Shown here: positions 47,501 to 59,395 of the stretch, piece by piece | Layout of the letters: the number at the start of each line of letters is the position of its first letter | How positions within the stretch are numbered: the first letter of the stretch is position 1 | Source: Octopus sinensis | Taxonomy: Eukaryota | Length of the DNA stretch: 64,000 bases | Reading direction: 5' to 3' | NCBI RefSeq assembly: GCF_006345805.1 | Contig: NC_043000.1 | Coordinates: 74,152,001-74,216,000, forward strand | Notes under the pieces: model-generated | Told to the model about the DNA's origin: nothing | Seen by the model: only the letters and a program-made list of their open reading frames with translations | Database searches by the model: none | Translations under genes and position numbers: made by a program

Positions 47501-49040
47501 ATATGTGATTCTTGAAGTTTTCTAATATTACAGAGTGTGTATGAATATCATAGTTAGATACCTAGCCCCTGATAATGTAATACTATTATGTAATATATGA
47601 GAGTCTTTTTGGGAGTTTGTTTGTATAGGTTGAGAACTTGGGTTTTTGTATGTGTTTATTTGGCAGGCTTATATATTGTAAATTTGGTGTATCTTTGTAC
47701 TCACCTTAATCTGTATCTTAGGCTTTATTAACATACCTTTTCATTTACTCACATTTGGCTCTATAAATATTAGCAGCCTTATATATTTAGTCTGTATTTA
47801 GTCTTCTGGATTTGTACATTATGTTATTCATCTATTCTTTTTTTACTCATTATCTATAGGTATAAATTTACATAATATTAGCCTGTATACTAAGTTTATA
47901 TTAGTACTTTCTTTAATATATATCTTCACTTTATTTATGTTATTTATTTACATATATACTCTTTTAAGCATATATGGATATATGCATATTAGCATTACTA
48001 CATATTAGGTATACCTGCACCTATGCATTTATCTGTTTTTGTTCTCTAGTGTATCTATCTATTCATTTAGTCATCTACTTATTTATTTATTTATTTATTT
48101 AATTATTTAAGTGTAGATATATACATATATATCAATTTTTTATTTTAATAATTAATATATGGATACATGTATACTGGTTTGTACTTATATTATGTATGTA
48201 ATTTTTAATTATTTCTTCTTTTTTATTTTATCACATTTTAACTTAAGTATTTACAATTTATTAACTTATAATTAATTTAATTTCTGTTATTTACTTATAT
48301 TTAACTGTATTAGTTAGTCCCCGGTGCGTTCGTTTATATCTGATGATACACAAGAGTATGTATATCTGAGTGTAATTCTATTAGCTCGTAGGTTAGGTTC
48401 CTTGTTGGTTAAATATTAATATTATAATGGCACTGGTTTTATTACGTTGAAAAGAGATATATATTTACTATAAAAAATTAATCTATAATTTATAACTTAG
48501 CGTACATGCGATTATAACAAATTACCGTGTAATCAGTAATCGTTATGTTGACTACGGAAAATAACCGGTGTTCACATACTGCGTATACCCTGCGAAAATA
48601 ACATTCGATGTCGTGATATATAAATATATGTATCTTTAAAACAAATATTTTATGGAAATATATGAGTGGATCTATTTTGTTATTTTGTGGCATGTTTTTA
48701 GTTTTGAGAAGCTCAATGCCTGCATGGATAGGATTATACCTCTTTTATTATTTATTTATTTATTTATTTATGTGTTGGACTTGATTTGTGGATATATATG
48801 TGTATGAGTCTATGTGTGTATACATATAATTATGTATGTATGTGCGATTGATCTGTGGATGTGCGTGTGCGTATGTGCGTTTCTTGACTAACTAACTGTA
48901 AAATTTCTTTTGTGATTCAAATTTTAAACTATAAGCCAATCGAATTAATCTAGAATAATCAATATCAAGCAGACAGAATAACCAGACACTTAGATATGTA
49001 GATATCCGATGGATGTACTTGGTGCAGACATAACTGTATC

Positions 49041-49074
<34 letters not shown>

Positions 49075-49728
49075 ATTAATAGTAATTATTATTGACTTTT
49101 ACAGGTTTATAATTTTATGAACTGAAATGTGATTTTTTATTACTTTTCATGTATAAGTCTGATTTTAATTTAAATGTGAGTGTGCATATATCTTCTTGTG
49201 TGGTAGTTTTTAGAACTATTAACTCAATATGTAGAATAACTGAGCTTATTAATATATATTGATATATATTTTGTTTTATTTTGTTTTGTGTATCTTGTAT
49301 TATTGTATTAATGAATATATATATATATGTGTAGTATTATGGTGTCTATGCACACGTTTTTATATTTTACATTTTTATATAGATATGTATATGGAAAAAA
49401 TTTTTTCACAATTATAATTTATTAAATTCTCTGAAGAGGCCGTGGGGCATCCTTGTTAATGTCTCATTTATACCTGCCTTATATGGCTTATAGGTTAAAT
49501 GAGGCATGATTGCCCTTACTGCCGAAACAGCTGTCAGATATGATATAATTACATATTATATTTTATATTTTATATTTCTATTTCCTTGTCTAATTATATT
49601 TACAATATATTTTGTATAATGCCTTTACTGTTATGTAATGGTGTAATAAAGTATTGATTGGGTATCATCTGTTGGTTGATGTTTGATTGATTTAAGTATG
49701 TTTCTCCATTTTCTAATTTTGTAGAATT
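44521..49728 (+). mobile_element. Near-complete Naiad-type Penelope-like element (RT plus C-terminal GIY-YIG, ~2.5 kb 3' region with hammerhead)
   Basis: FKSRKSPP, ITLKDHKENF, RLICPTKSDLGRLSK, FIQFDI, MGSLDSAEVTDLVG, GLYRDD, CNFRNRNKC, VVYQC...YIG, LSAYIWELK...CSLC. One in-frame TGA (44949) and at least two frameshifts (~46272, ~46958). Confidence 0.9.
49428..49538 (+). ncRNA. Type I hammerhead ribozyme with ~80-nt rod-like stem II extension
   Basis: TCT-CTGAAGA-GGC-[80 nt]-GCC-GAAA-CAGCTG-TC-AGA; cleavage predicted after 49535. Confidence 0.8.
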
Positions 49729-49750
49729 AATATATATATATATATATATA

Positions 49751-49955
49751 TGCGTGTGTGTGTCTGTGTTTGTCCCACTAGCATTGCTTGACAACCGATG
49801 CTGGTGTGTTTATGTCCCCGTTACCTAGCGGTTCGGCAAAAGAGACCGATAGAATAAATACTGGGCTTACAAAAGAATAAGTCCCGGGGTCGAGTTGCTC
49901 GATTAAAGGCGGTGCTCCAGCATGGCCGCAGTCAAATGACTGAAACAAGTAAAAG
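49751..49955 (+). mobile_element. 3' half of the SINE split by the Naiad
   Basis: Resumes with tgtgtttgtccc... and ends with the SINE tail. Confidence 0.85.
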
Positions 49956-49967
49956 TGAGAAAGAGAA

Positions 49968-50004
<37 letters not shown>

Positions 50005-50163
50005 CAAAGCAATTAAGATTCAAGTCAATTCCAATGAATTTACTTGAATGTGGTACTTAACTTAGATGCACCAGAAAAACTATATGGTGTTAACCATACA
50101 GTAATGTGGGGTGATTATAAACGAGAAAGAAGCAACTAATCCATTCTTGTTGCTTCTTTCTCG

Positions 50164-50208
<45 letters not shown>

Positions 50209-50226
50209 TGTGTGGTTGTATACTGT

Positions 50227-50364
50227 CCTAGGAAGCATCGATGCTTCCTGTCGGCCTTGACACATTTCCTGTGTCCTTATATATATATAAAAATTTTAAA
50301 AAATAAATATATAAGGACACAGGAAATGTGTCAAGGCTGACAGGAAGCGTCGATGCTTCCTAGG
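50227..50364. repeat. Nested palindrome: ~58-bp inverted arms, each containing an 18-bp self-palindrome
   Basis: GGAAGCATCGATGCTTCC in the left arm and a 1-mismatch version in the right arm; AT-rich loop. Confidence 0.85.
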
Positions 50365-50504
50365 GCTAAACAGCGCTGGTGTAATTCCCTTACAGGACTG
50401 TCATGTTAAGTATACAACCACTCTATCGCTCCACCACAGTACATATCTCTATGAGATATTGAGAAATTTAATATTTCTGATATATATATATACATATATA
50501 CACA

Positions 50505-51890
50505 CTAGCAGAGAAACCCGGCATTGCCCGGTTACATTCAATTGAAGAATTAGACTTTTCCGCTTTATATATATATGGATACACGTACATGAAAGTACAT
50601 GAAGTTTGTTAAAAAAAAAAAAGGGGGATCATGTATATACCTCCTGGCTGTTGAGGTTATAACACCTCGATGTAAACATTGTTCCTTGTTTATCCTTGTG
50701 GAGCATATACAAAAAGGTGTCTTTTGGTTCCTACTCTTGAGCAACCAACATACAGTTGCCCATGTGAGACGCAGGGCTTTTCCAAGACCAACTACAGAGA
50801 GGGTTTGACCCTTAGATTTGTTAATGGACATGGCAAAGCTGACACGAAGGTGGAATTGCAGTCTTCTGAATGTAAATGGAATTTCTGCTGTTGATGGAGT
50901 AAGAGGAATTCTTGGAATAAAGACGTCATCACCTTTTCCACATCCAGAAAGAATGATCGCCTTGATAACATGTGACATCATTTTCTTTATCACCAGTCAT
51001 GTTCCATTGCAAAGTCTTGGTGGTTCCAGATTGCAGAGTAGCATTACAGGAGTTCCAACTTTAAGTGCTAATATGTGTGGAGGTAGTCCAGGAGGCTCCA
51101 GTGAATTGAGAAATTCAGGAGGATAGTTCACAACTTCATTTATATCAGGAATTGTATCAACAGACTTGTAAATGTGTATAGTGCCGGGAAGAGAATGCAT
51201 TAGCTGTTGATTAATTTTGTTAACAGCAACGTTTTTTGGAGCTAATTGTGATTTTGGTAGTTTTGTGTGAAGTTGGGAAAGACTTTGTTTTTGAGGTCAT
51301 CTACAGAATTAACAACAGAGGAAAATTACCACACTTCCATTTGTCCTGCAGCATCGAGAGGCATCTTGCCTTCACCAAGTGTCAAAATGTCCTGTGCAAA
51401 CCTTGTGGACATTTTGTCGCCATGTAGCTGAGCTCTCATGTTAGTGGTGAGACTGAGGATTGTAACATGATGCCACAGGGTAGATGACTTTAGGCATGCT
51501 TGAACTTCATCTGCTCTAGTGCCTTTCAGAATGACAGGAAGTTTGCCTGAAATCACCTGACAATAGAAGCGTTACACCTCCTATTGGAGCCTGACAGTCT
51601 CGGATGTCTTTCAGGCTCTATCTAATGCTTCCAAAGCTCCCTTGTGAGCCATAGTGCACTCATCCCAGACAATTAGATGACACATTTTAAGTACTTGTCC
51701 CTGATCTGAGCTTTTGTTGATGTTGCATGAAGGCATTTTGGATGCTGCTAAATTGAGAGGGAGTTTAAAAGTTGAGTGTGCTGTCCTGCCACCGGGTAAC
51801 AAAGTAGCTGCAATGCCAGAGGAGGCTACAGCTACTGCAATGTCCTGATGCTGCCTAACTTCTGCAAGAAGAAGGTTTGAAAGTGTTCCC
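50505..51890 (-). mobile_element. Helitron 3' fragment (PIF1-like helicase relic)
   Basis: GIAATLLPGGRTAHSTFKLPL, WDECTM, PEFLNSL.PPGLPPH, FAMSINKSKGQTL; 3' hairpin ccgggcaatgccggg and CTAG|T. Confidence 0.9.
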
Positions 51891-51964
51891 AACAGTTATT
51901 AGTTGTAGTGGTAGAGTGTTTATGCCGAATATGTACGTATGCATGTATATATACCTGTATACAT

Positions 51965-52104
51965 GTACAAAATCCACTGAGAAGGCTTTTGTTGGTCTGA
52001 GGCTACAGCAGAAGACACATGCCAAGTCACCACACAGTGGGACTGAACCCAGGACCATGTGTTTGGAACGTAGTTTGTTACCACACAGTCACACCTGCCC
52101 CTAT
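51965..52104 (-). mobile_element. Old SINE tRNA-like head
   Basis: Diverged reverse-complement match to 21033-21180. Confidence 0.7.
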
Positions 52105-52814
52105 GTATTTGTGTGTGTGTGTGTGCGTATGTGTGTATGAGTAGATATATTAAGCATGTATATATATGTGTACATATTACATGTACATCTATATATATAT
52201 ACATCTACACATAAAATACAAAATTATATCTTGATATCGCTAGTGATAACAATACTCAAAATATATAACAGACTGGAATTGTAGGCCCATCTCTTACAAT
52301 TTCGATCAATTGGATCTTGTTCTCCCTCTTGTATAGAAGTGTATGGCTGCAGCGAAATTCATTTTTGGACTTTCTTCTATCGAAGGCATTTTAAGAAAAA
52401 TGCTTCCGTAAAGACGGTGAAAATATTGTCAATTTCCCCAAACAGGGACACAATTCAATTTTTAAACAATAACCAAAGCCCTTCTCCGAAAGTTACAGTT
52501 TACAATTATTTAACAAACGTGATTACAATAGTCAAACAGTAATAATAATAACAACAAACCTTTTTAATTTATCCCCATTTATGTGAAACCACTTGTTCAA
52601 GTCATTGATGCAATTTTATACGAATTGCTAATACACACACACACACACACACATAATAAGGGTGAAAAATTGAATATTAATTTGATTAATATGAATTGAA
52701 AAACCAGTGGTGTAGCATATACGACCATAGCGGATCTTCTTCTAACAAAATGGATGACCACTGTTAATGGTTCATCCCTGTTATATAATACTTTCACTTT
52801 AATAGTTTCAGTAT

Positions 52815-54085
52815 TACAGTCACTGTACACAAGAACAAAATCCCCAGAGAGAGGAAAATTCTAATGAGACGGCGTACAAAAGTTTCAAATCGCCTAAACA
52901 AACAAATTGAAAACAGTGAAAAGTCCCGCCTGAAAATAAAACTGTTGGAAATTGAAAAATGTCTGCAACTCTCCCATGAAAAAGAAAGCAGACAAAGAAG
53001 CCTGGGCTATAGACAACATAAAATCTAACCCCAGAGCTTTCTACAGGTATGCCAAAGAAACAGCTACGGTGCACTGTAGGATAGGGCCACTCCTTGAATT
53101 GGATGGCACACTCACAGGAAATCCAATAAGGATAAGTGAAATACTAAATGAGCAATTCAAGAATATTTTCACTCAACCCCTAGGGCATTTTCAAGTCAGC
53201 AATCCAACTGACTTCTTTACCACTGCAGATATAAAATCAGAGGCAGCGATAATTGATTACATCAATATAAAGGAAGACGATGTAATCAAGGCTATAGATG
53301 AAATGAAGACAAACTCAGCTACTGGCCCCAATGGATTTCCAGCAATCCTTCTAAAAGTATGTAAGAGCTTCCTTGCAACTGGCAAACTTCCAAGAAAACT
53401 GAAGGAAGGTAAAATATGCCCTATTCATAAAGGAGGTAGCAGAGCGGAGGCCAAGAACTACAGACCTACCTCTCTGACCTCACACATCAGCAAGGTCATG
53501 GAACGAATAGTCAGAAGGAAACTAATCACCTTCCTTGAAGAAAATGACTTGCTGCCTCACACCCAACATGGTTTCCGACCAGGAAGAAGCTGCCTAACTC
53601 AGCTCCTACAACACTATGACTGGGTACTGAAACGACTGCTCAACCACTCAAATGTGGAAGTGATATATCTCAACTTTGCAAAGGCCTTTGATAAAGTCGA
53701 TCATGGAATGATATGTCACAAACTGCGTGATCTTGGCATAGTTGGAAAATTGGGAGAATGGCTTCATGACTTTCCGAAGGATAGAAGCCAGGTGTTCCGC
53801 AAGGCACTGTTTTGAGACCACTACTGTCCATATTGGCCCTCTCAGACATGCCCTCAGCCATGCAGAGAGCCACGATCACAAGGTATGCAGATGATACAAA
53901 AGTTTCATAGGCAATACCTGAAGACACTATGCACCTGCAATGTGAGCTGGACAAAATATACAAGTGGGCTGAAAAGAATAGCATGCAGTTCAATGCTGAA
54001 AAGTTTCAAGCTTTATGCTATCAGCATGCAAAACTAAATGCAATACCCAATAAATACGCTGGACCTGGAGGGATTGCAATCCCAG
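52815..54085 (+). mobile_element. Diverged CR1/L2-group LINE RT fragment (second subfamily)
   Basis: ORF 52952-53815 has NYRPTSLTSH, QHGFRPGRSCLTQLL, FAKAFDKV. Confidence 0.85.
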
Positions 54086-55015
54086 AGGCACATTTTGTAT
54101 TTTATGTGTAGATGTATATATATAGATGTACATGTAATATGTACACATATATACATGCACTAGCACTATGACCCAGCAACGATGGGTCTTTAATGCTAGT
54201 TATATGTAAGATATAAATTTGAGAGAAAACCACTATTATGCAATTCAAAAAAATGATAGGCATAAACCAAATTATAAATAAAAAATGAAATATATTTTTA
54301 TAAAACATATAACTAGATCGCAAAATGTATAAAAATGAATAATCAATATATAAGTAAAAAAAAGCTACGTACGTTTCATGGCTATAATTAAATTCGAATT
54401 ACAATTAAATTTAAATTTTATTGAAAATCAATAATAATAGTTAAATAAGTAAGCAAATAGAGTTAAGCAATATTTATTAAAAAATAAAATAATGATTTTT
54501 CTAATAGAAGAAATTCCATTAACTAAATTGAAACTTAAAACACTAGGATCAGTTGCCTACAATTGTTAAATATATATATTTAAATCAGGTAAAAGAAATA
54601 ATAAATTGATAGAAAAATGTACTTACCTGTGAAGATATAATTTAGCTTAATAAAAAACGTTAATAAACTATAGAATAACTTTAACCTAGTTATACCCTAA
54701 TATTTAATTACCAAATTATTTTACAAAACAATCACTCTTAATATTTTTAGATTTTAGTTTGCATATAATAATTATAAAATAATAAATGTATAAGAATAAG
54801 TATCTAAAATATAAACAAATATAGTAATTAAAAATCTATTTTTTTTATCAATAAACATATAAACAATAAATAAATTAGTCCATTATTACTTACATAAATA
54901 TTATAGATATTTTTTGAAAATATTTATGAAATTAAAAAAATAAGAATTGAAAAATTCCAAAGTAAAAACGTATAACTTATCTTTATAAAATACTTATTAT
55001 TACTATCATTATTAA

Positions 55016-55236
55016 CCCTTTCGTTACCAACCCGGCCAAAACCGGCTCTGGCTCTGTAGTACAAATGTCTTGTTTTCATGAGCTTTGAATTAAAATCTTC
55101 CACCAAACCTTAGTCACAATTTATGTTCCTAACACTAGCTTAACGATAACCAAGTTATTTTACTGAATTCTTTGTTATATTTAAAATAATTGAAGGAAAC
55201 ACACAGCATCTCAAAATAAATACAGTAACGAAAGGG
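55016..55236. mobile_element. 221-bp piggyBac MITE
   Basis: TTAA-CCCTTTCGTTAC ... GTAACGAAAGGG-TTAA. Confidence 0.9.
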
Positions 55237-55888
55237 TTAAATGTGTTAGTACTAGAAATATAATAAGAAACTTTTAGTTAAATTAAAACATTTTTACGAT
55301 CTAGATCCCAAAGTGATTAACTAATATTTTAAAATTTATGTTCATATATAATAACTATAAAATAATAATAATTAAATAAATGTACATATCTAAATCATCA
55401 TTAACAAATTAAAAAATTATAAATTCATATTTAACAATCAATACTTATATAGAGTACAATAATATGAATTTATAATCTTTTATGTCCCCATAATTAAAGT
55501 GGTGTAGCAAGTGCCAAACTTCAAAAAAGAAGTCCTGGAATTTATTTGCTTGACTAAAGACCTTCACATTTGCTATTTCATTTTAAGTATCCTACTAGGA
55601 AATACAATGCTATTTAAAATTAGTGCCTGATATTCACAGATTTTTTTTTTTTAAATAGCTTTTAGCTGCTTTCACTTAGTACAGCAAGCATAACCAGATT
55701 CATTAATAACCAGCTAAAACTGTTTCATTCTGCATAAAAGAAACCTGTGTATGGTCATTATTACACCATGAGTTTGAATGTACATTTTCAGCAAAAATGG
55801 GAACTTATTTCATAAGCTGTACCCCGTTTACACACACACACACAAACATTTGAAATGCCATAACTTTTCTTTGATTATCTATTTGCAG

Positions 55889-56029
55889 AAAAGTAATTCT
55901 CATACAGAATGGGAGGAAGTTCTTAGTGGTTACAGTCGTAGAGAGCTGGAAGAATTGTGGCAGAATTTGCTTAAAATTGCAACAAGTCTCTTGTTGGGTT
56001 TGGAATCAAGCCATGATTCCTCACAGGAG
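55889..56029 (+). CDS. NCAPG2: Condensin-2 complex subunit G2 exon (KSNSHTEWEEVLSGYSRRELEELWQNLLKIATSLLLG...)
   Basis: tttgcAG acceptor and GTATGT donor, phase 0/0. Matches the recalled human segment ELLDELSRKQKEELWQRLKNLLTDVLL. Confidence 0.8.
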
Positions 56030-56779
56030 GTATGTTAACATTGAATTTAAAATTTGAAAAGTGTGGTAGATGCTAGAATTAATGAATACTGAACAAAATA
56101 ACTTGTATTTGATTAGATCTTTATAGATTATGTATTCAAATCACACTAGGATTAATGAAATACAAGAGAAATAAGTATCAAGTTTATTAATGAAAATGTG
56201 TGGACTCATGCCATAGTTAGAAGATAATAGAGTATAAGTTGTAGTTTTCCTAGTAATGATTTCACTTTTACTACTAATTATCTTGGTAAAGGCACATTGT
56301 CTCAAATGCTTTTTATTTTTTAATATTAGGCTTTTGTGTCATGTCAGAAACTTCAGAGCTTCGTAAGGAATGCTTTGTCTGGCTGACTTAAGAAGCTACT
56401 GTGGTTCACTTTTATTTAAAATGGAAGAGTGTAGTCAATTGAATTTATTTGTATTTTTTTTACTGGTTTCAGTTTTGTCTGGTATATATTTTATTGATCT
56501 CTGTTTACTGAATAGCTATGTCTATTTAGCCATTACTTGACAGACTAAATACAAAAAGTTATCATATGACACACCTTGTCAACCATTCCTTTACCAATAT
56601 ACACACATTATTTTGAAAGTGAGCCATCACGAATTACAACTAGTTTCATGTTTCTAATCCTCATGTATTATCAAACTTCATACATATTTGCTTATTGTTT
56701 AACCCATACCAGCATGAGAATACATTTAAAAGTGAACGCTACAAAAATATACAAATTATCTGGCATGATTCTGTGGAGT

Positions 56780-57400
56780 AAGCTGCTGTACTTAGCATTC
56801 ATTGATCTGGAGACAGCTTTTGACAGGGTCCGTCACTTTAATCTGGTAATTGCTGAGGAAGCTAGGAATAGATGAATAGCTTGTGAGACCCATAAAAACC
56901 ATGTACAGAGATGTTGCCAGTAAGGTGAGAGTTAATGAGTTTTGTGTACAAATAGTTCTCCAGGGGTTCTTAGTTGTCTTCTGTTCAGAAGAGTTTAAAG
57001 CCAGTTGCCCATGAGAACTCCTGTTTGCTGATAATCATGTTACAACTTACCTTTAGTAGAATTAAAGAAATTTATGAGGTGGAAACAAAACCTGGAATAA
57101 GAGCCTCAAATTTAACTTAGCAAAGACCAAAGAAAGCAGATAAATCTCTGCTTACATTAGAGAAATGACCTTGGTCAATTTGTGGAAAAGACAAGTAGAA
57201 AGTTTATACAGTTTATCCAATGTAAAATATGGACATACGGGGTGCAGTGGAATCACAAGCTGGTTAACAGAAATTAGGCTTTGTATGTGGCAGACACTAG
57301 AGTGGTAAGCACAAAAAGTGCACAAGAATTAGACTCTCTCAAATACCCAGAAGGATCTCAAGATGTAGTAGATAATTTCTGTTACTTAGGTAACCTGATT
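56780..57400 (+). mobile_element. Degenerate RTE RT fragment
   Basis: LYLAFIDLETAFDRV and decayed downstream motifs. Confidence 0.65.
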
Positions 57401-57425
57401 AGCAATGGAGGTAGACATTTTGAAG

Positions 57426-58150
57426 TATGAGGGTCAGTTAACAAGTTCATTTGCTGATCTAGACACTCTCATGGAATGTGACCAAATGAGGTTTATTTTT
57501 CAACATAGTCCCCTTTCAGTCTACACATTGTTGCTGTGTTTGAATTCCATTGGGGAAGATGCTTTCATCTTGCTGGTCAAAAATGTCATCAACTGTAGAT
57601 AGGACGTTGTTATGGATATGGGTTCCTTGCCAAGTGTTTTTTCATGTTGGGGAACAGATGATAGTCAGATGAAGCAAAATCAGGAGAATAGGGAGGCTGA
57701 TCAACTAGTTCAAGACCACAGTCATGCATAGTAACCATTAAAAGCAAAGGCTTGTGTGCAGGAGCATTGTCTTGATGAAACAAGACCCCTTTCATCTGTT
57801 TTCTTGAATGTTTGATCTTGTTAGTTTTTCATAACTGCATCAACAAGTTGGCATTAATGGTGTGGCTCTTTTGAAGATAGTCAATAAACACAAGGCCTTT
57901 TGCATCCCAAAAAACTGAGGCTATCACCTTCTCTGTAGATGAAACAATCTTGGCCTTCTTTGGAGCAGGTGAGGAAGGGTGTTTCCACTGCATGGATTGT
58001 CTCTTTGTCTCTGGCTCAAAGTGATGAAGCTAACACTCATCCTGAGAAAACATTCAAAGAAACCAGCTGGATTTGGCTTAAACAATGTCAAATTTTTCTG
58101 TCATGCAATGTTCAGTTTCATTCATGTTCACATCATACTGAGTATCCACC
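57426..58150 (-). mobile_element. mariner transposase relic with one TIR
   Basis: LFHQDNAPAH...PPYSPDFASSDYHLF; TIR-like tatgagggtcagtt. Confidence 0.8.
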
Positions 58151-58572
58151 ATCTGTATTTTAAAATAAACAGTTTCAGTCAGTAGAATAAATTGTGCCCA
58201 TGACATTTGTTTTCCTTTTGAAACTGGAAGATAATGCTCCAAAAGGGAGTTAAAGAACTCTCTAACCCCTTCGTAATCATAGGGATGTATAAACCAGTGT
58301 TCTAATTTAGATGTATCAGAGTTATCTATATATTGGGTCTCAGTATTTTAACTTGCTACAAATACCAAATTTGTGAATGAAGAAATTCCTGGAAGGTTTT
58401 ATTTTAAAATCAATTTTGTGTGTATAAGTTTACTGGAAATATTAGTCATTTTAAGCACTAAGTTCACACAAGGAAAGGAAACCCATTCTTTGAGTTCACA
58501 GGTGGCATTAAATGATTGACATATTATATTGTGAAGACAAATTAGTACAGCTAGAATAACAAAAACAAATAA

Positions 58573-59130
58573 TAGAGAGAGTTATTCTAAAAGAACGAAC
58601 CGATTTCATTACGTAATATTTTAATAAGGAAAAGCATTAGAAAACTCCAGCTAAGTCACAAGTATTTACTCACAATCAGCTTTTATTTCCTGTCTTAGAA
58701 GTGTTCAATGTGACCACCACCTTCAGCACAGGCAACATTAATGTAATAAGAGAATTCCTCCTAGACGCGTATCAGCATATCACGATCCACTGAGTTGATT
58801 GCTGTTGTTATTCAATGTTTAAGGTCATCGAGGTTAGTGTGTGGTGGTAGAGTTTTCTAAGTTTTCTATGGCTGCCACACCTTAAACATCGAATAACATC
58901 AGCGATCAAATCAGTGGATCATGATATGCTGCTACGCGTCCGGGAGGAATTTTCTTATCGCATTGATGTTGCCTGTGCTGCAAGGTGGTGGCCACATTGA
59001 ACACTTGTATGACAGGAAATAAAAGTTGATTGTGAGTAAATACCTGTGACTTAGCTGGAGTTTTCTATTGCTTTTCCTTATTAAAATATTGCGTAATGAA
59101 ATCAGTTCATTCTTTTTTAATAACCCTGTA
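58573..59130. mobile_element. Tc1/mariner-derived foldback MITE with ~230-bp inverted arms
   Basis: 58600-58830 is inverted relative to 58893-59110; arms encode a decayed transposase C-terminus (DMLLRVREEFSYRIDV...HIEHL); terminus ...accctgTA. Confidence 0.75.
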
Positions 59131-59277
59131 TATAATATGGGAAAATGGAATGACAGGCACTCTGTTGTGTAATTGGCAATGTGGTTGCCTGATGAGCATC
59201 TTAAATATGATTTATCCCAGAAATGGATTTGTGTGTAATATCTTATTTGTGATTATATTTTTTGTTTTTGTTTATAG

Positions 59278-59395
59278 GAAATGGAAAAAGTGTTCAAATC
59301 ACTTGATTGTTTAATTGTGTTAGCAACTGCTACTGTTGTCTCCAACAAATTACAAATACCACCTTCTCTTTTGGAAATGTCTATTCTTTTGCATG
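59278..59395 (+). CDS. NCAPG2: Condensin-2 complex subunit G2 exon (EMEKVFKSLDCLIVLATATVVS...LLEMSILLH)
   Basis: tttatAG acceptor and G|GTAAAT donor, in frame with the previous exon. Similar to the recalled human MRKSIEIIYAITSVILASV...LLECVIILNG. Confidence 0.75.

Noticed and set aside
48340-48362. CTGATGA-TAC...GTA as a second Naiad hammerhead
   Set aside because: No GAAA or stem III follows.
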